From NCBI GenBank assembly GCA_964187785.1, contig OZ076409.1:38502001-38566000 (forward strand): a stretch of 64,000 nt of DNA. Reading direction: 5' to 3'. This document shows positions 61,573-64,000 of the stretch, one piece after another. Numbering within the stretch: position 1 is the first letter of the stretch; the number at the start of each line of letters is the position of its first letter. The notes below the pieces were generated by a model. That model worked only from the letters and a program-made list of their open reading frames with translations, did not search any database and was not told the origin of the DNA. A program made the translations under genes and the position numbers. The DNA comes from Amphiscolops sp. MND2022. Lineage: Eukaryota.

Positions 61573-63527
61573 ATGAGCAACCCATCCAAACCCATAGTAG
61601 CTGTTTTCACGGCCAGCAATGAAATAGGTTTCAGAGTGGCCAAAGGTCTCAGTCAAGATTACAAGTGAGTTACCTTTTATTACTCTTCATAATTCTTTTT
61701 AAAAAAACAACGGTGTTCGTTTAGCCTATGTTGACAGTTTTTTTGGCTATTCAACCCAGCTATACTAAAGAACTCATAGAAACCACTTCATGTACCACTG
61801 AAGTTTATCTGTGATTTGCATGTAGCTCCCTTCCATTTTCTTTGCAACACCAAGAAGACAGATAAAACTGATACCAAGGCGTTAAAAACGCTTTGATTAG
61901 ACAGTGCCCCTTCTGACACTCCGGTGGACTGAAGCCTTTAACAGACTGTTATTTGAAGTTGCTTTCGGGGCGTAGCCATTTTCCACTCTTGTTTATTGAA
62001 AAGTGTCTCCAATTACCTCGAAAATTACCTCGTTAAAAAATTAATATAAAAGCGTTTAAAAATTGAACCTTTTCCAAATATTTTTGGAACAGTTTCCGAT
62101 AGAACGTCCATTTTTAAAAACTTTAGTCCAATTTTGTAATCATTTTCAACGTTTCGACTTTACCGAAGAACCGATTTCAAAGACGAAGCAAACACCTGTT
62201 ACGCTTTCATTGCGAGCAGTTTAGATGTAACGTTATCTATCTCGTTCTCTCTGTTCTTGCCGGTCCGCTTTCGTCCTCGTTCTGCATGCCAAATGGCGGA
62301 AGCAGCGATAAGAGCAGTCAAAAACCCAATGCCAACGTCAAGCATCGAAATACAACTTTTACAACATGCTCCAATTGCATATTTGAGAGTGCCGTTGCAA
62401 AAACTAATAGTGGGAAAGCGCCAAAAACTGACACAAAAACTAACAATAATTTCCAATTTTTAAACACTATAGCGTCGTTAGTGACTTCGTCCTCAATTTT
62501 TTTTCACAAACAAAAAAAATTATGAAACGCAAAAGAGCATATAGGGAAACGAAAGTTCGTCTTTTTTATCAGCAATCTATTAGACTATTTGGGATGAGTT
62601 GTTATTTGTGTCAAAATAGTTTGTTTTTCGAACCACCGGCAAAAAAGTAAGTGGAAAAAAGTGAAAATTTGCAAAAAATAGCCTTTTCAGAAAAATAGCT
62701 TTTTCTCAATAACACAGCAACTGTTTGCCAAAATATCCATAGAAGCCAACGTTTCACCAATTTCAAACGTTTTAATCAATTCTTGTACTTTGTTTGAACT
62801 TTTAGGCGGGTATGAAAAGCCACAGCGTTCGAAGGCACAAGAATAGCTGCTTTAGTGTTTTTTTTTTTCAAAATGAAAAGATGGATGATATTTTTCACAC
62901 AAAATTACATACAATTCATATTCAAGAGGTAAAAAAACTGTCTACTTTCGAACAGTTTTTCCTTTTTCAATGATCGTCATTTTTTTCAGTATGAATTTCC
63001 ATGGATTTAGATGACAGAAGGTTGACTACTAAACATCCGTGGGTAATTCGATGCAAGTGTTCAATATAATTGAACAAATGAGTATGAGCTTCAGCAAGAT
63101 GACTTAAATGCAGTAAATTTTGTAAGATTGTTGAGGGAATGGGGTTGAATTATATGAATCTGGAATAGTAGCATGCATCATACATCCATGATTCAAACCG
63201 TAAAAAGTTTTGTCTTTCTACACTGTGTGTAACAATATGAGTGAAGCAAAAAAACGTGCAAAAACTGGTCAAAGACTGAAGTTTTCAGGTGAAAATCAAA
63301 ACTTTGATGTAGAGAAACTTATGGCTTTTCACGTGTTTAGAGTGCGCGCCATCTTGCGGGAGGATGAGGGCAGTGACGTCGTGCAAGAACTGAGGAGCTG
63401 TGGGGTGGAGGTCTGTCAATTGAGGGAATACAACGAGGGAATCATCAGATATGTTCTGGAGGACTGTCATGGCTGCTTCCTCGCAACTAAGACTGCCTTC
63501 ACAGAGCCAAATTTTCAACACAACGAG
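61573..63527 (+). CDS. Host NmrA-like (NMRAL1/HSCARG-family) Rossmann-fold protein, exons 1-2 (partial; continues downstream)
   Basis: Exon 61573-61664 (MSNPSKPIVAVFTASNEIGFRVAKGLSQDY, donor GTGAGT, phase 2) splices in frame to 63341-63527 (KVRAILREDEGSDVVQELRSCGVEV...GCFLATK...NE). This follows the NmrA pattern VRxxTR...L...GxEVV...FxxT. Confidence 0.75.
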
Positions 63528-64000
63528 GTCTGTCAATGCTATAGCTTATAACCACCCAAATAATTTTCACTCCGTTGATAGCATGGAGAAACTCCAAATT
63601 TGTATGATGTTACATCGACAGTGTACTAAGTCTTTTCTCTTTTCAATCCCTTTGTCCGTGTTTCATGTAACTGTTTTTCTTATTACCAGCTATTTCGGCG
63701 TTTAAAAATTTTGGGTTCAATAAACTAAGGTTGGGTACTTTGGCATTTTCTTCTGCACAACGAATTTAATGTTTTATTTTTTAAAGAACAGATATGATTG
63801 TTGTTTCCAATATTTTCATTGAAAAAGGATGCATTTCTGTGGGCTTGAACAAACTGATTGGTTTCGAAATCAGTTTCATTTGAGTTACAAGTTTGAGAAT
63901 TATCTAGCTCAAGTGAAAGTTCGATAGCACGGTCATACACGCATTCGCGTCAAGAAAGAACGACAAGAACAGTATTTGCTGATGAAAAAACTTCACCGAG

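Overview
Eukaryotic (probably invertebrate animal), AT-rich, almost entirely transposon-derived window with a 200-N scaffold gap (6416-6615). The centrepiece is a young, intact 16.4-kb Ty3/gypsy LTR retrotransposon on the minus strand (17705-34061). It has 2477-bp near-identical LTRs, an ACAAG target-site duplication, a tRNA PBS and a gag/-1 frameshift/pol layout. Between pol and the 3' LTR it carries an unusual ~5.4-kb accessory module with three parts. (1) A 7-exon gene on the ANTISENSE strand whose GT-AG introns join seven open frames into one ~1087-aa protein resembling a catalytically dead hAT transposase with a BED-like zinc finger. (2) A divergently oriented, acidic, SIM-rich ORF3 that runs into the 3' LTR. 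(3) Between them, an array of five 17-bp palindromic motifs (mostly abutting TGACGTCA sites) that also occur in the LTR. The second major structure is a ~10.2-kb head-to-head palindrome (35334-45641) of decayed Polinton/Maverick-like virion-morphogenesis genes (adenain-like protease, penton-like protein, A32-like ATPase), with hairpin-forming ends. The rest comprises three CRE-like (RLE) non-LTR retrotransposon fragments, a decayed gypsy element, decayed LINEs (APE-type, CR1/L2-like, RTE), MITE-like repeats sharing a structured core, a tRNA-derived SINE, 1073-bp and 720-bp tandem arrays, and the first two exons of a host NmrA-like gene. All family assignments are by motif recognition; no searches were run.
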